Shown: one piece after another, positions 52,459 to 62,710 of the stretch
How the letters are laid out: each line of letters begins with the position of its first letter
How positions within the stretch are numbered: position 1 is the first letter of the stretch
Source: Giardia intestinalis
Lineage: Eukaryota
DNA length: 64,000 nucleotides
Reading direction: 5' to 3' (one strand)
Assembly: GCA_000002435.2 (NCBI GenBank)
Contig: CM018793.1
Translations under genes and position numbers: made by a program
The notes under the pieces: generated by a model
The model's input: only the letters and a program-made list of their open reading frames with translations
Database searches by the model: none
What the model was told of the DNA's origin: nothing

Positions 52459-54588
52459 TTAACAGCAGCACTCCAACCTTTGTAGTACTTCGTTCGAGAG
52501 GAGGGAGACTATCTCGTGGCATCCCCATAGCTTGGCCATACAAAGAGCATCTCCTCCCGTACTGTCTCTCAGACTCTTCTCTCTCACGAGGAGCTTTACA
52601 CAGTCAATACTACCAATTTTCATAGCAAACATAAGAGCGGTCCATCCCGTTTTCTCCTTCATGCCAGCTTCCTTGTCTACGAGTAGCCTAACACAATCTA
52701 CGTGACGATTCTGCGCAGCCCACATGAGAGCGGTCATCCCGTCAGTCCTCTGCATACCACCCTCCAGCTCCACAAGTAATTTGACGCAGTCTGTGCGGCC
52801 GAGCTCTGCAGCGCACATGAGAGCGGTCCATCCATTGCCATCTTGCATGCGGCTTTCCTTTTTCATGAGTAGCTTAACACAGTCTGTATAACCACGACCT
52901 GCTGCAGCCATGAGAGCTGTAGTTCCGTTATTATCTTGCATACATATCTCCTTCCTTAGTAAACTCCTGGCGCAGTTCGAGTAGCCATTACCTACTGTGG
53001 CCATAAGAGCCGTTCCTCCATTGTTATCTCTCATACCTCCTTCCCTTTCCAGCAAAAGCTCGAGACAGTCTATGTGACCAGTTCTTGCAGCCCATATGAG
53101 GGCCGTCCACCCGCTATTATCTCTTATGCCCCCTTCCTTCTCCAGTAGCAGCCCCACAAGTTCTGTGTGACCGTGTATCGCTGCTCTCATCAGGGCGGTC
53201 CCTCCGCATATCTTCCATCTGTCCACATGTGTGCATCCCTTCATCTGCATGCCTCCCTGGAGCGGTATGAGGGTCTTCACTGCCTCCACGTCGTTTCTGT
53301 CAACGGCCCTCATGAGGTCGGTGGAGTCGTCCTCTTCGAGATGCTCCTCCTCTGTGTCCTCTATATTGTCTGTCTCGTCTGTCGTATCTATTGCATCTAC
53401 TGTGTCTGTCGTATCTGTCGTATCCGCTGTATCCGTTGCATTCCACGCGTCCCCCATGCCTATCTTCATCCATATCTCCTTTACCTTCTCAAGCGTCTTG
53501 GAGGTCTCACCAAACTGCTCCTTAGGGATATCTGCCCCTGCGGATTTAGCAGCAAGCTCCTTCTCAAGAGATAGGATCTTGTTGTTGGCATCATTCAGAG
53601 CAGCCTCCAAAGATGCGCATCTGTTCCTCAGTGCTTTATCTTTGGCTTCCTGTTCATCAGGAGGGCCGTTGAGCATCTGAAGCAGACGGACAAGCCCTCT
53701 GGCTGTCGGCCTCCTCTCTGGATCCAGCACGAATATCCGCTCCAGAACACTCTTTATGAAGCCGTCGGTGATGCCACTCAGATCGGGCCTCCACCCATCG
53801 ACGAAGACATCCTCTGGTTCTCTGCCCCCCAAGAAGTCCGGCTTCCTCAGGGTGGCGAGCTCGTATGCTATGGCCCCAATGCTCCAGATGTTGGACGCGG
53901 GAGTTATGATACCGCGGAGGAGCGTCTCGGGGGCCATGTATGCGGGGTCGCCGGTCTTCGTAGCCCAGCTCGACATGCCCATGCAGAGTTCGAAATTCGC
54001 AAGAACAATGTGCCTCCTATTTTCTGTGAATAAAATATTGTCAGGCTTGAAGATAACACCAGGAAACAGGCTGCCGTGGACACCATTGATGGGATCATGC
54101 AAGTAGATAAGGCAATTAGCAAGGTCTCTTACAAGGGAAAGTACCAACCTCTTAGGAATAGGCTTATGAGTTTCTCTGTAATTAGTGATCAACTGCTGAA
54201 GGTCTCCGCAGCGGCGGTCCATGATAATAAAAATCGTATTGCGACTCTTAATTATCTTGCCGCAGCTGAGAACATCCGGATAAGAGGTGTTTGGAAGAGC
54301 GACTAGCTTGAGTTTGGCAGCATCTACACTATACTGGTCTGGATCATCAGGCCGGATCTCCTTCGCGGCAAGGTGAGGGTATCCTTTAAGAGAGTAGATA
54401 GTACTGTAGGCATCCTTGCTGAGCACGTCACCCAGGCACCTGCGCAGCTTCTCGGGACTGAACATGGGGACGTCATCTGTATCCACCAGCCCCGCAAAAC
54501 CACTAGCTGACCCCTCAGTAGGACTCCTTAGAGTGCTATGTGCGGCGGATGAGGTAAGGGGGTAAGACCGGCAGTCAACAGCCATCAT
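52459..54588 (-). CDS. NEK-like protein kinase-domain protein with C-terminal ankyrin repeats, probably a pseudokinase
   Basis: Kinase fold with AAKEI (VAIK Lys) and MAPE, but the catalytic loop HRD is replaced by HGS...KPDN and DFG by NFE. Coiled-coil linker, then at least 8 ankyrin repeats (GGTALM.AA..GH..). The track start is a GTG. The first ATG (54588) has an AT-rich context. Confidence 0.85.
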   Translation of the reverse strand: MMAVDCRSYPLTSSAAHSTLRSPTEGSASGFAGLVDTDDVPMFSPEKLRRCLGDVLSKDAYSTIYSLKGYPHLAAKEIRPDDPDQYSVDAAKLKLVALPNTSYPDVLSCGKIIKSRNTIFIIMDRRCGDLQQLITNYRETHKPIPKRLVLSLVRDLANCLIYLHDPINGVHGSLFPGVIFKPDNILFTENRRHIVLANFELCMGMSSWATKTGDPAYMAPETLLRGIITPASNIWSIGAIAYELATLRKPDFLGGREPEDVFVDGWRPDLSGITDGFIKSVLERIFVLDPERRPTARGLVRLLQMLNGPPDEQEAKDKALRNRCASLEAALNDANNKILSLEKELAAKSAGADIPKEQFGETSKTLEKVKEIWMKIGMGDAWNATDTADTTDTTDTVDAIDTTDETDNIEDTEEEHLEEDDSTDLMRAVDRNDVEAVKTLIPLQGGMQMKGCTHVDRWKICGGTALMRAAIHGHTELVGLLLEKEGGIRDNSGWTALIWAARTGHIDCLELLLEREGGMRDNNGGTALMATVGNGYSNCARSLLRKEICMQDNNGTTALMAAAGRGYTDCVKLLMKKESRMQDGNGWTALMCAAELGRTDCVKLLVELEGGMQRTDGMTALMWAAQNRHVDCVRLLVDKEAGMKEKTGWTALMFAMKIGSIDCVKLLVREKSLRDSTGGDALCMAKLWGCHEIVSLLSNEVLQRLECCC

Positions 54589-55182
54589 TACTTTTAATTT
54601 TACAGTACAGTTTACTCTCCGTTTCACTGGGTAAATCTCCCATGCGAGCCAGCGCCGCCCTGGGCAGGTCTCTTGCTTACTCACTAACCGAAATCCAAAT
54701 CCAGACTTCGCAAGTCAAACGTCGTCCACTTCAGCGGGAGAAGAAGCCCAAATGGGGAAGTCGGTGGTCCAACGCCTAGCCCTCTGCGTCCCCAGTAGAC
54801 AACAAACCCGCGGCTGCTCCCACGAGTGAGCCGCTGAGGAAGGCCTGCGGGGACTCGAAGAAAAGAGTCTAGAGAGCATCCAATAGAATGAGCAGGAGGG
54901 CCAGGAGACAGGAACAAGAGAGCTCTAGCATCTTCCTCTAGCGAACCTCCCTGTCATGGAGAAGGGTGTATGGTGGCTGAGTGTGGGGGTTGTAAACCTA
55001 GAGCAATCGCCGGGTCGATGGCTTCAGCATGGCTTTCAGCAAGATGTAGCAGGGAATCCGAACCAGCTGAGCATTGGACCAGGTCCTGGATAGGAGCTAA
55101 GGGCTCCTGTGCACGGCTGGGCTGCTCTCTAGATGGGACAGGGCACGGTGAGCTGGACGGGTGTGATACTATAAGGTATCTA

Positions 55183-55202
55183 TAGTTGTATCGATACAAC
55201 TA
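55183..55202. repeat. 20-bp perfect palindrome tagttgtatcgatacaacta
   Basis: Seen directly in the sequence. Self-complementary around a central atcgat. Confidence 0.8.
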
Positions 55203-58200
55203 GTAGGCCCACACTGGACTCTGAGAAGTACACTGCTAGACAGGCTGGAGAAGCCTGAGGGGCGATAGCACCATCTTGTTATCGCTATGCAGTGCTCTGT
55301 GGGCATGCATTCAAGACATCATCCCCTGGTAGCCGGGGAGGGGACAGAGTCAGGCGGTAGTGAGCATGCCCATCAGAATGCCTCTAGGTACTGACCAGCC
55401 ACTCCCTAGAAGCGCAGATGTCTCGGCTAGGTTGCATCACATCCAGAGCAAAAGAGGAAGCTGTACTGTCCTATTTGTTTCTCAGAACAATGTGCGAATA
55501 GAAGGCGGCCCAGCGACTGATACTCTGCACCGTCCTCTTCATCCACAGCCTGAGCAGCCAGATGCCAGGCTCAATATGAAGACGGAGGCTGCGAAGAGTA
55601 AACTCACCACGGGGCCGATTGTCTGACACCAAAAAATCCGAAAGGACGACAGTAGCTGCTGTCTCCTTGAAGAGTGCATCACACACAGTATCGACCTTGG
55701 TCTCCTAGACGAACACTCTAGAACATTCTACACTAGCCCTGACTTCTGAGGCATTAAACCCTATAACTAGCACAGAGTGAGGCAACAGCATGCAGACGGT
55801 GCGTTATCTTCATAGATGTGTACTACAGCTTCCGACTGCATATGGATGTACCGAGATGGGCAGTTTGACCGGCTTACATTGGCGACTTGTCCGTCACCGT
55901 GTTTGCTGCGATGAGAAGCTGCGTCTGCCCGGCAGACTGAGCATAGATTACAGCAGCTTCTCTGCTGATGCATGTATGGCCATGCGCCGCCCTAGTAGGT
56001 GGCGTAAATACCATAATGCCTAACCTGTCTGTTGTTAGCGGAAAATAGCAGTTAGTCGTGTTAGAGATGCCTCTAAGTAAGCCTCTAGTCTTTGTGCCTA
56101 CTCCTCTACCAATTATAGTGACGACCGTATATTCAGAAAGACTACGGAACTCTCCACCGTCTCTCAAGGAGACTAACGGCTCATGCATGGGCTAGCGACG
56201 GAGGCCCATGAACTACCTACTACGAGCCTAGCTTACTGAGCAGTCTGGATCACAGTGCACTTGATAAGCATCTATGCACTCATTTGGATGCTCACTACTA
56301 ATACTGACAAGACTACAAGGAGGTTTGCTTTTGGTCACACTCCCCTCATAATGCTTAGCCCTTGGCACCACATTTCAACGAAGGAAGATGTTAGGTAGGT
56401 ACGCAAAAGGCTATTTGTGCACGGTGGTTCCTGGAGAGCAAGTTTGCACAAAGACTGTAAAGGCGACTAGCAGATCAGTGAGGTAAGCCTGACGTTATAG
56501 AGACAAGCTGTAGATCCGGATTGCAATGGGGACGCCTGTGGTGTCTCTCTGGCCTTCGAGTGTAGAAAAATCGCGAGGTCTGCAGACAGGTGAAGCTAGT
56601 TTTTGATTTATGCGCTTATAGCAGTGTAATATTTATTGGGACCTGTTTCGTCTGAGGCCGAAGACGTTTATCTTTTCTCCGTATACAAGCAAGGATCTAC
56701 TGTAGAGATATACTGTGCAGGCCAGTACCAATCGACGTGGTTGCTATTAGCAGGTGTCTCACTTGCACCTTCTCATAACGGGTAGCCATCAGCAGCGTCC
56801 TCGGCCCACGTGACATTCTAGATGCATCTCTGCCTTTGACCAAAGATTGACACACGCGTTGTGTAGTTTAGATTGCTCATCAGCCAGAGTGGCGTGGCTA
56901 CCCCTTATCCTCTACTTGTCTATCTCGTACAACCATTGCTGATGGCCTTTCCAGATTAGCATGCAAATGCTCTTATCGGTCCCACAAAGGCATACGTCAT
57001 ACAAATAATCACTACAGTCTAGGGTCCTGTCTACCAAAGAAAAGGCCAACCAGTTTACCACGTAGGCATTCATTGTGCATCTCATATAGTCTGGCAAGTC
57101 TTGTGCTCCCCAACATTCCCTCGCAAGCCCTCAGCTAAAGCCCGTATGCATATCGTTATTGACAAGCGCCTTAGCTTCATCTGGCCACTTAGGGCGTTAG
57201 ACCCTTTGCCTTGTACAATGAGTATACTCGGCGTGGGAGGTATACAATCAGCATCGGCCTTTTCTGCTCGTTGTCCGTATGATACTGTTGTTGCTTCTTG
57301 ATTCAACCAGCAACCTAGTTAATGGCTCAAGAGTAGGTGATAGCCCGCCAACGGGCAGTCAATAGTGGCCATAACGCATACCTTCACCAAGGCACAGCCT
57401 CCCTGAGCAGAGCACAAAAGTGGACCCTGCCATTCTGCGGCCCTACTATTCTCTTGAATAACAGGATCAGAGCAGCTCATGGTTAGTATTAGCTGTCTTC
57501 GGGTCTCCACCTGTCCTTATTGTCTGAGGTATGCTTGACTCCGTAGATTCGAAAGATGCTGTACTGTACTCGTACCTGCAAGCCTCAGCCAAGCAAGGCT
57601 ACCATCTTGAAGGCTTGGCAGTGATGAGCCACACAGTCGGCGGGATCTGCAGAGAGCATTCATCCCAATGAGCCTTTTACTTGTCGTATACAGGTTGTGG
57701 CTGTGACCTCATAGGCGCAGGACTTTCTGGAATAACCGGTCAACTACAGAGTCTGTCCACTCATGTAAAGCCACCTGATAGAGGGCGATATCAATCTCGT
57801 CACTCGTCTACAACATACACCAGTCGAATCTCACAGATGAACAAGGGCCACCCAGCCCGCAGCACTAGACATTAACAGATATCCTTCACGACAAAGGGGG
57901 TGAGCGACTAGTAGACCACAGCAGTCGCCTGCCCATTGAAGATCTTCCAGTCACTGACCTAGGTCAGCTTCCTACAAGATCTTGAGAGCTTTATTAGAGG
58001 TGCATGCTTATAGAATCCCCAACTCAAGGTGCATGCTGTCGGACCCTGCTATTTTTCACATCAGCTCGTAGACATCGGTTCTTTTGATCTCTAGTGGGGT
58101 CACGGGGGATCGCAAGATATGGTTCCCTCAGTAAGGCTTTATCTGACTCCTGTAGCTATATGACAGGAGGATACCGGTCTTCTATGGATTATTTAACGCA

Positions 58201-59357
58201 TGCTAAGGTGCACCAGTACAAGTCCTACAGTGTGGCATGATTCGTGAGTCAAAAGGTAGGATGCTTGGGCTGATTGGCGTGTCTCCTCGGGACCAAATAC
58301 AGCTAGGACCAAAGGTCATGAACGAATGCTATTCGATTCCCTTATCAGCAGATGGGGGTCAACTGCTCTAGTATCCACAAGAGGCTATAGAGGGTACTGG
58401 ACCAGGCATCCGGCCAATTGCTGGCAAATCAACACAACCTCCTTGGATCTCCATTCTTTCCTCACAGGCATCTACATGTAGGAAGCTCTGAGGACCTAGA
58501 GCCCTACACTAACAGGCTCAAGGTATTGCACTCCTAGGTGCTTCCATTAGTGGTGGTAGTGATAGCACCAGGATGATCCAGAAGGGGGATAGAAATCCTG
58601 CCCCGTTAGCTCAAGAAATGGCACAGTTTGAGCAGGGTTTCCTCCTTGTTTAAATTTGGGAGTACTAGCCTACGCCCTCTGACCATCTGACGCCTTATCA
58701 TGCGATGGGGAATCTTAATAGTATCCACTACAAAAAGCCAGAAATAGCACCATGCACACCCAACAAACCAGAGCGTCTCATAGGCTAATCTACACTGATT
58801 CGCACTTCCACGGACCCTAGCGACCACTGTAACCGTCTCTCGGGATCTTGCAAGGGACTGTCCTTGAGCGCGATTCCTCCATGACAACCAGAAGTCGCAG
58901 ACATAGTCCAAAGGGATGAGAATACTATAGAGGCGGAGAAGAGATCATCTGCGCACGGGGGTCCGCAGGGGCCCGACCCGCACAGGGAAGGCGTAAGAGG
59001 CCAATTCCCCAGGAATGCAGAGACATTAAGAGAGGAACCAGCAGTGGGCCCATAACACAGGGAGGTCACCCGGGCCGCCCCCTGATTGGCCACAGGGTAG
59101 AGGAGCAGCATGCGCGCGGGACAGCATTGCTACTTATTTTTGAATTTTCTGTTTCCCTGCATGTTGTGCAGGGGTCCGCGGTGGGTGCTAGACTATAGTT
59201 AGTAGATGCTTTCGGCATTAACAACTATCTCTTGTACAACAATATTATCAAAAAGGGATTTCTTTAAGCTGGCAGCATAGCAATAACCGAATGGAGCTTT
59301 TTAGCTTTGGGTATCTTTGCTAGTAGGATTCTTGATAGTGGATTAAGAAGAATCTCA

Positions 59358-60617
59358 ATGTTGCTGATAGCTTTCTATCTTGGGCTGAGCGCCCTTGCGG
59401 CACAATGTAAGCAAGTACAAAATTGTGCAGCAGGTAAGTGTGAGATGGTTGGCGGCACTGAAATTTGTACAGAATGCGCGACAAATGGAAACGTTCCTAT
59501 CAATGGGGAGTGTACACCAAAAGGTAATGCGGCTGATAAATGCAAGAAAGTTAACGGTAATGAGCTTGTTGACGATAAGACATGTGGAAAATGTGAGAAC
59601 ACATACTTCATGTACAAGGGTGGATGCTATCAACTTGGCAGTGATGTCGCACTCCTCATCTGCAACGATCAAGCTGCTTCACCTGGAGGGCGTAATGCTG
59701 TTGCTGGCGTTTGCACAGAATGTAATGCTACTGGGGGATTCTTCAAAAGCCCAGAGGCGGCCGACACGACAGATTCCTGCATATCGTGCAGTGATACAAC
59801 TGGAGTGCAGGTTAATGGCGGTAACACGTATAAAGGTATCGAGAATTGTGTAGTATGTGCAGCTCCAGAAAGAGGAACAGGTAACGAAAATAAGATTGCT
59901 GCATGTGAGTCATGTCTTGAAGGATTCTTCGTTGCATCTAACAAGGCAGTATGCACACGTTGTACTGATAATGATAATTGCGCTAAGTGTGATGCAGGCG
60001 AAAACAAGTGCACAAAATGTAAGGCAACAGCCAGCAAACCATATCTAAAAAAGGGCGAAACCGAGGACTCTAATACATGTGTTAATAGTAACGAATGTAC
60101 TACTGATAAAACTTACTTCACTGATGATACTGACGACCCTACTCATGGAAAGATGTGCAAGAAATGCTCAGAAGGGATAGCAGACTGTAAGAAATGCGCT
60201 CCATCATCACCTTCTGCTTTAGCTACAGTATCCGCAATTGTGTGCACAGAATGTACAACACAGACCAACAAACCCAATGTTGCCGGAACAGGGTGCTTCA
60301 CATGCTCCGTAGACGGATGTAGTAACTGTAGCGAGAATGACGTATGTGAAAAGTGTGGACCTAACAAGAAGGTGAGCCCCGGGAGGAAGTCATGCGTGGA
60401 TAGCTGTCCCGAGAACTCCATTGACGATAACTCTGTCTGTACATGCAGCAGTGGGTACAGCCCTGACAGCAGTGGGGCCTCCTGTGTGTCCACTGGCAGT
60501 AATAGGAGCGGGCTCTCCACGGGGGCCATAGCGGGGATCTCCGTCGCAGTCATCGTCGTCGTCGGGGGTCTCATAGGGTTCCTCTGCTGGTGGTTCGTGT
60601 GTAGGGGGAAGGCGTGA
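59358..60617 (+). CDS. variant-specific surface protein (VSP)
   Basis: Signal peptide MLLIAFYLGLSALAAQ, CxxC-rich ectodomain, TM, and the invariant CRGKA-stop. The track start at 59307 is a TTG. The ATG at 59358 follows gattaagaagaatctca. The poly(A) signal overlaps the stop. Confidence 0.95.
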   Translation: MLLIAFYLGLSALAAQCKQVQNCAAGKCEMVGGTEICTECATNGNVPINGECTPKGNAADKCKKVNGNELVDDKTCGKCENTYFMYKGGCYQLGSDVALLICNDQAASPGGRNAVAGVCTECNATGGFFKSPEAADTTDSCISCSDTTGVQVNGGNTYKGIENCVVCAAPERGTGNENKIAACESCLEGFFVASNKAVCTRCTDNDNCAKCDAGENKCTKCKATASKPYLKKGETEDSNTCVNSNECTTDKTYFTDDTDDPTHGKMCKKCSEGIADCKKCAPSSPSALATVSAIVCTECTTQTNKPNVAGTGCFTCSVDGCSNCSENDVCEKCGPNKKVSPGRKSCVDSCPENSIDDNSVCTCSSGYSPDSSGASCVSTGSNRSGLSTGAIAGISVAVIVVVGGLIGFLCWWFVCRGKA

Positions 60618-61162
60618 CTTAGGTAGTAAACACGTCACTGTATATGGCTTATTACGCTATTCTGCCGGGGCTATCTGAGGATCGCCCAGAGGTCGTGCGA
60701 GTGATCCTCGCTCAAGCTCTGACCAGTCTAAGGACGAGGGTTGGTCATGAATAACATGACGGAGAGCCCTCTCCAGTGACACATCCAGAATCTGGGCATT
60801 CCTCGCCGCTCCATGAGGATATGCTCTGTCTGGATGTCCATGCCGATCTATCTTGGATTCAGGCCTTCTCGCAGGCTCTCTACTCTACCCGTGGCGCCTC
60901 TCCATGGTCTTCCTTCGTGGTGGGTGAAGCTCCGGTCGCTGTTTTTTAGATGCTCCTGTCTGTCAGGGGCTGCCACCGGGCTCTCCGCTGGCTGGGCCCT
61001 CGGTGTCCGTCCGGCTGTGGCCCGGGCAGCGCTCTACGGTCGCGGTCACTTGGGTCTCAGTGGGTTCGGATGGTGGGGAGGCGAGGGGAGTTAGGGCGGT
61101 GAGGCCGGAGGGGCTGGAGGGGCTGGAGGGGCTGAGGTTGGTGGTGGTTGTATGCGCCTCTG
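59871..61162. repeat. left arm of a large inverted repeat (3' two-thirds of VSP2 plus ~545 bp of 3' flank)
   Basis: The reverse complement of 62711..64000 matches this segment essentially base for base. The outer limit of the left arm is unknown because the right arm runs off the window. Confidence 0.9.
60617..60631 (+). promoter_or_regulatory. vsp extended polyadenylation signal ACTTAGGTAGTAAAC
   Basis: Identical 15-mer to the one after VSP1. Overlaps the TGA stop. Confidence 0.8.
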
Positions 61163-62710
61163 GTCCCTCGATAGACTGGGGTGATCGCAGCTGTGGTGAC
61201 TGGGGGCTGTCCATCTGTGACTCACCCCTCTGTGTGCTCGTGGTCTGTGAGTGCCTCCACCCAGACAACCCTCAGGAGCCGTGCACACCAGGACAGAGAG
61301 GGTGACAGAGGAGAGTCAAGCAGCCCTGCCACGAGGGTGCACAGCAGCCAGCCTGGGCTGCAGGGCCCGCTCGAGCGATGGTAGTGACAGACGACTCCCT
61401 CTGACAGCAGCCCTGGTGACTGGCACTGGTCTGCTTTCGAGGCTGAGTGACAGTGTGCACAGATGGACATGAGTGCAGGAGGACCATCCACACACGGACA
61501 GACTGTGCCCCCATACGAGAGCGCCAGGCAACCACCCGAGCACCCGAGAGGCAGCAACAGACACGGGCACTAGAGATCCCCAGCCAGACAGCTGCCATGC
61601 TCATCCATAGGGGCATCAGAGGACCAGGGGAGTCACCCTCACAATCAGGGTATGATAGGAAGCCAGAGGACTCAAACACTACAGCATAGCAGATCCAAGG
61701 GAGGCACACTCCAGCAGGCGAGCAGTGGCAGAGCCCTGATAGCTGCCAGCCCCCCATGACACCCAGGCAGGCACCAGGCTCACCGAAGGCTCTGCTGGCC
61801 TCCACCGATGATCCGAGGGGGCAGCAACCAGAGGAGTGGGGAGGCCTTCGGACACCACAAGAGGCCCGGCTGTCCAGCAGGCGATGGAGCACAGGTGGCC
61901 TCTGAGCACCATACAGGCACAGAGCCGACCATCAGAGTGATGCCCGATCAGAGACGACCACGAGCACCCTCCACCGCACTCTGAGGGGCTGTCGATCATC
62001 CCACTGCCTCTCATAGCAGACCTCCTTGAGAGCAGTGCAGTGGGTCCCAGCTCATGCACGCCTCCCCTGGCATAGGACACCCCGGCTCTCCCCGAGGGGT
62101 CATCAGAGCCACGAGAGGTGTCAAGGTCCTGGTAGATCACACCGGGAACTCCCCGAGGGCACAGCAACTGAGATATGAGTGACCCTCAGTGTGCTCCTCT
62201 CTGATGGTAGAGCATCTTGAGACCAAGGGGGTCACCTCTGCCTACGGACGACACACAGCACTCCACAACAAGGACCCACTAGGAGCAGCACAGCTGACCA
62301 CGGGGACAGTGCAGTCACCAGTGCCCCACCGTGCCAGTTTTCTGGGCCATCATACTATAGGCATGAGAGAACCCCATCCCATCCACAGGGTCATCCATGC
62401 CCCTGCTGGCCCGAGGTGAACTCCCCGTCGAGGCGCTGGACAGGGCATGCCAGGGGCTCAGCAGACCCACAGAGAGAATCAGCGAGTAGCAGGAGGGGCT
62501 GCGATGGCCTGCCTCAGCCCTCACGTACCAGCCAGACAGAGAGACAGTACTGCCTGAGGCATGCAGGGGCCAAGGGAGGCGATCAGTCAGGGGACACGAC
62601 ACGATCGTCGGTGCCTGTGTCTCGGGAGTGCAACGAAGGCTGGAGATCAGACACAGCCACCTTAGCAAACAGAGTGGGGACAACCCACCACCCCAATAGC
62701 CCACCGAACC

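Noticed and set aside
60813-61094. 93-aa ORF (and its mirror 62778..63059) and 100/184-aa ORFs in the repeat arms
   Set aside because: They are present only because the arms are duplicated. They lie in the vsp 3' flank and show a GC-rich artefact pattern.
61091-61100. Telomere repeat check (Giardia TAGGG)
   Set aside because: Only isolated single TAGGG occurrences (e.g. gttagggcgg). No tandem array, so not subtelomeric by this criterion.
61272-62167. 206-aa and 162-aa minus-strand ORFs plus overlapping plus-strand ORFs in the inverted-repeat core
   Set aside because: ORFs are open on several frames of both strands at once in the GC-rich core. Translation is Pro/Arg/Gly/Ser-rich with no recognisable motif. 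Treated as non-coding.
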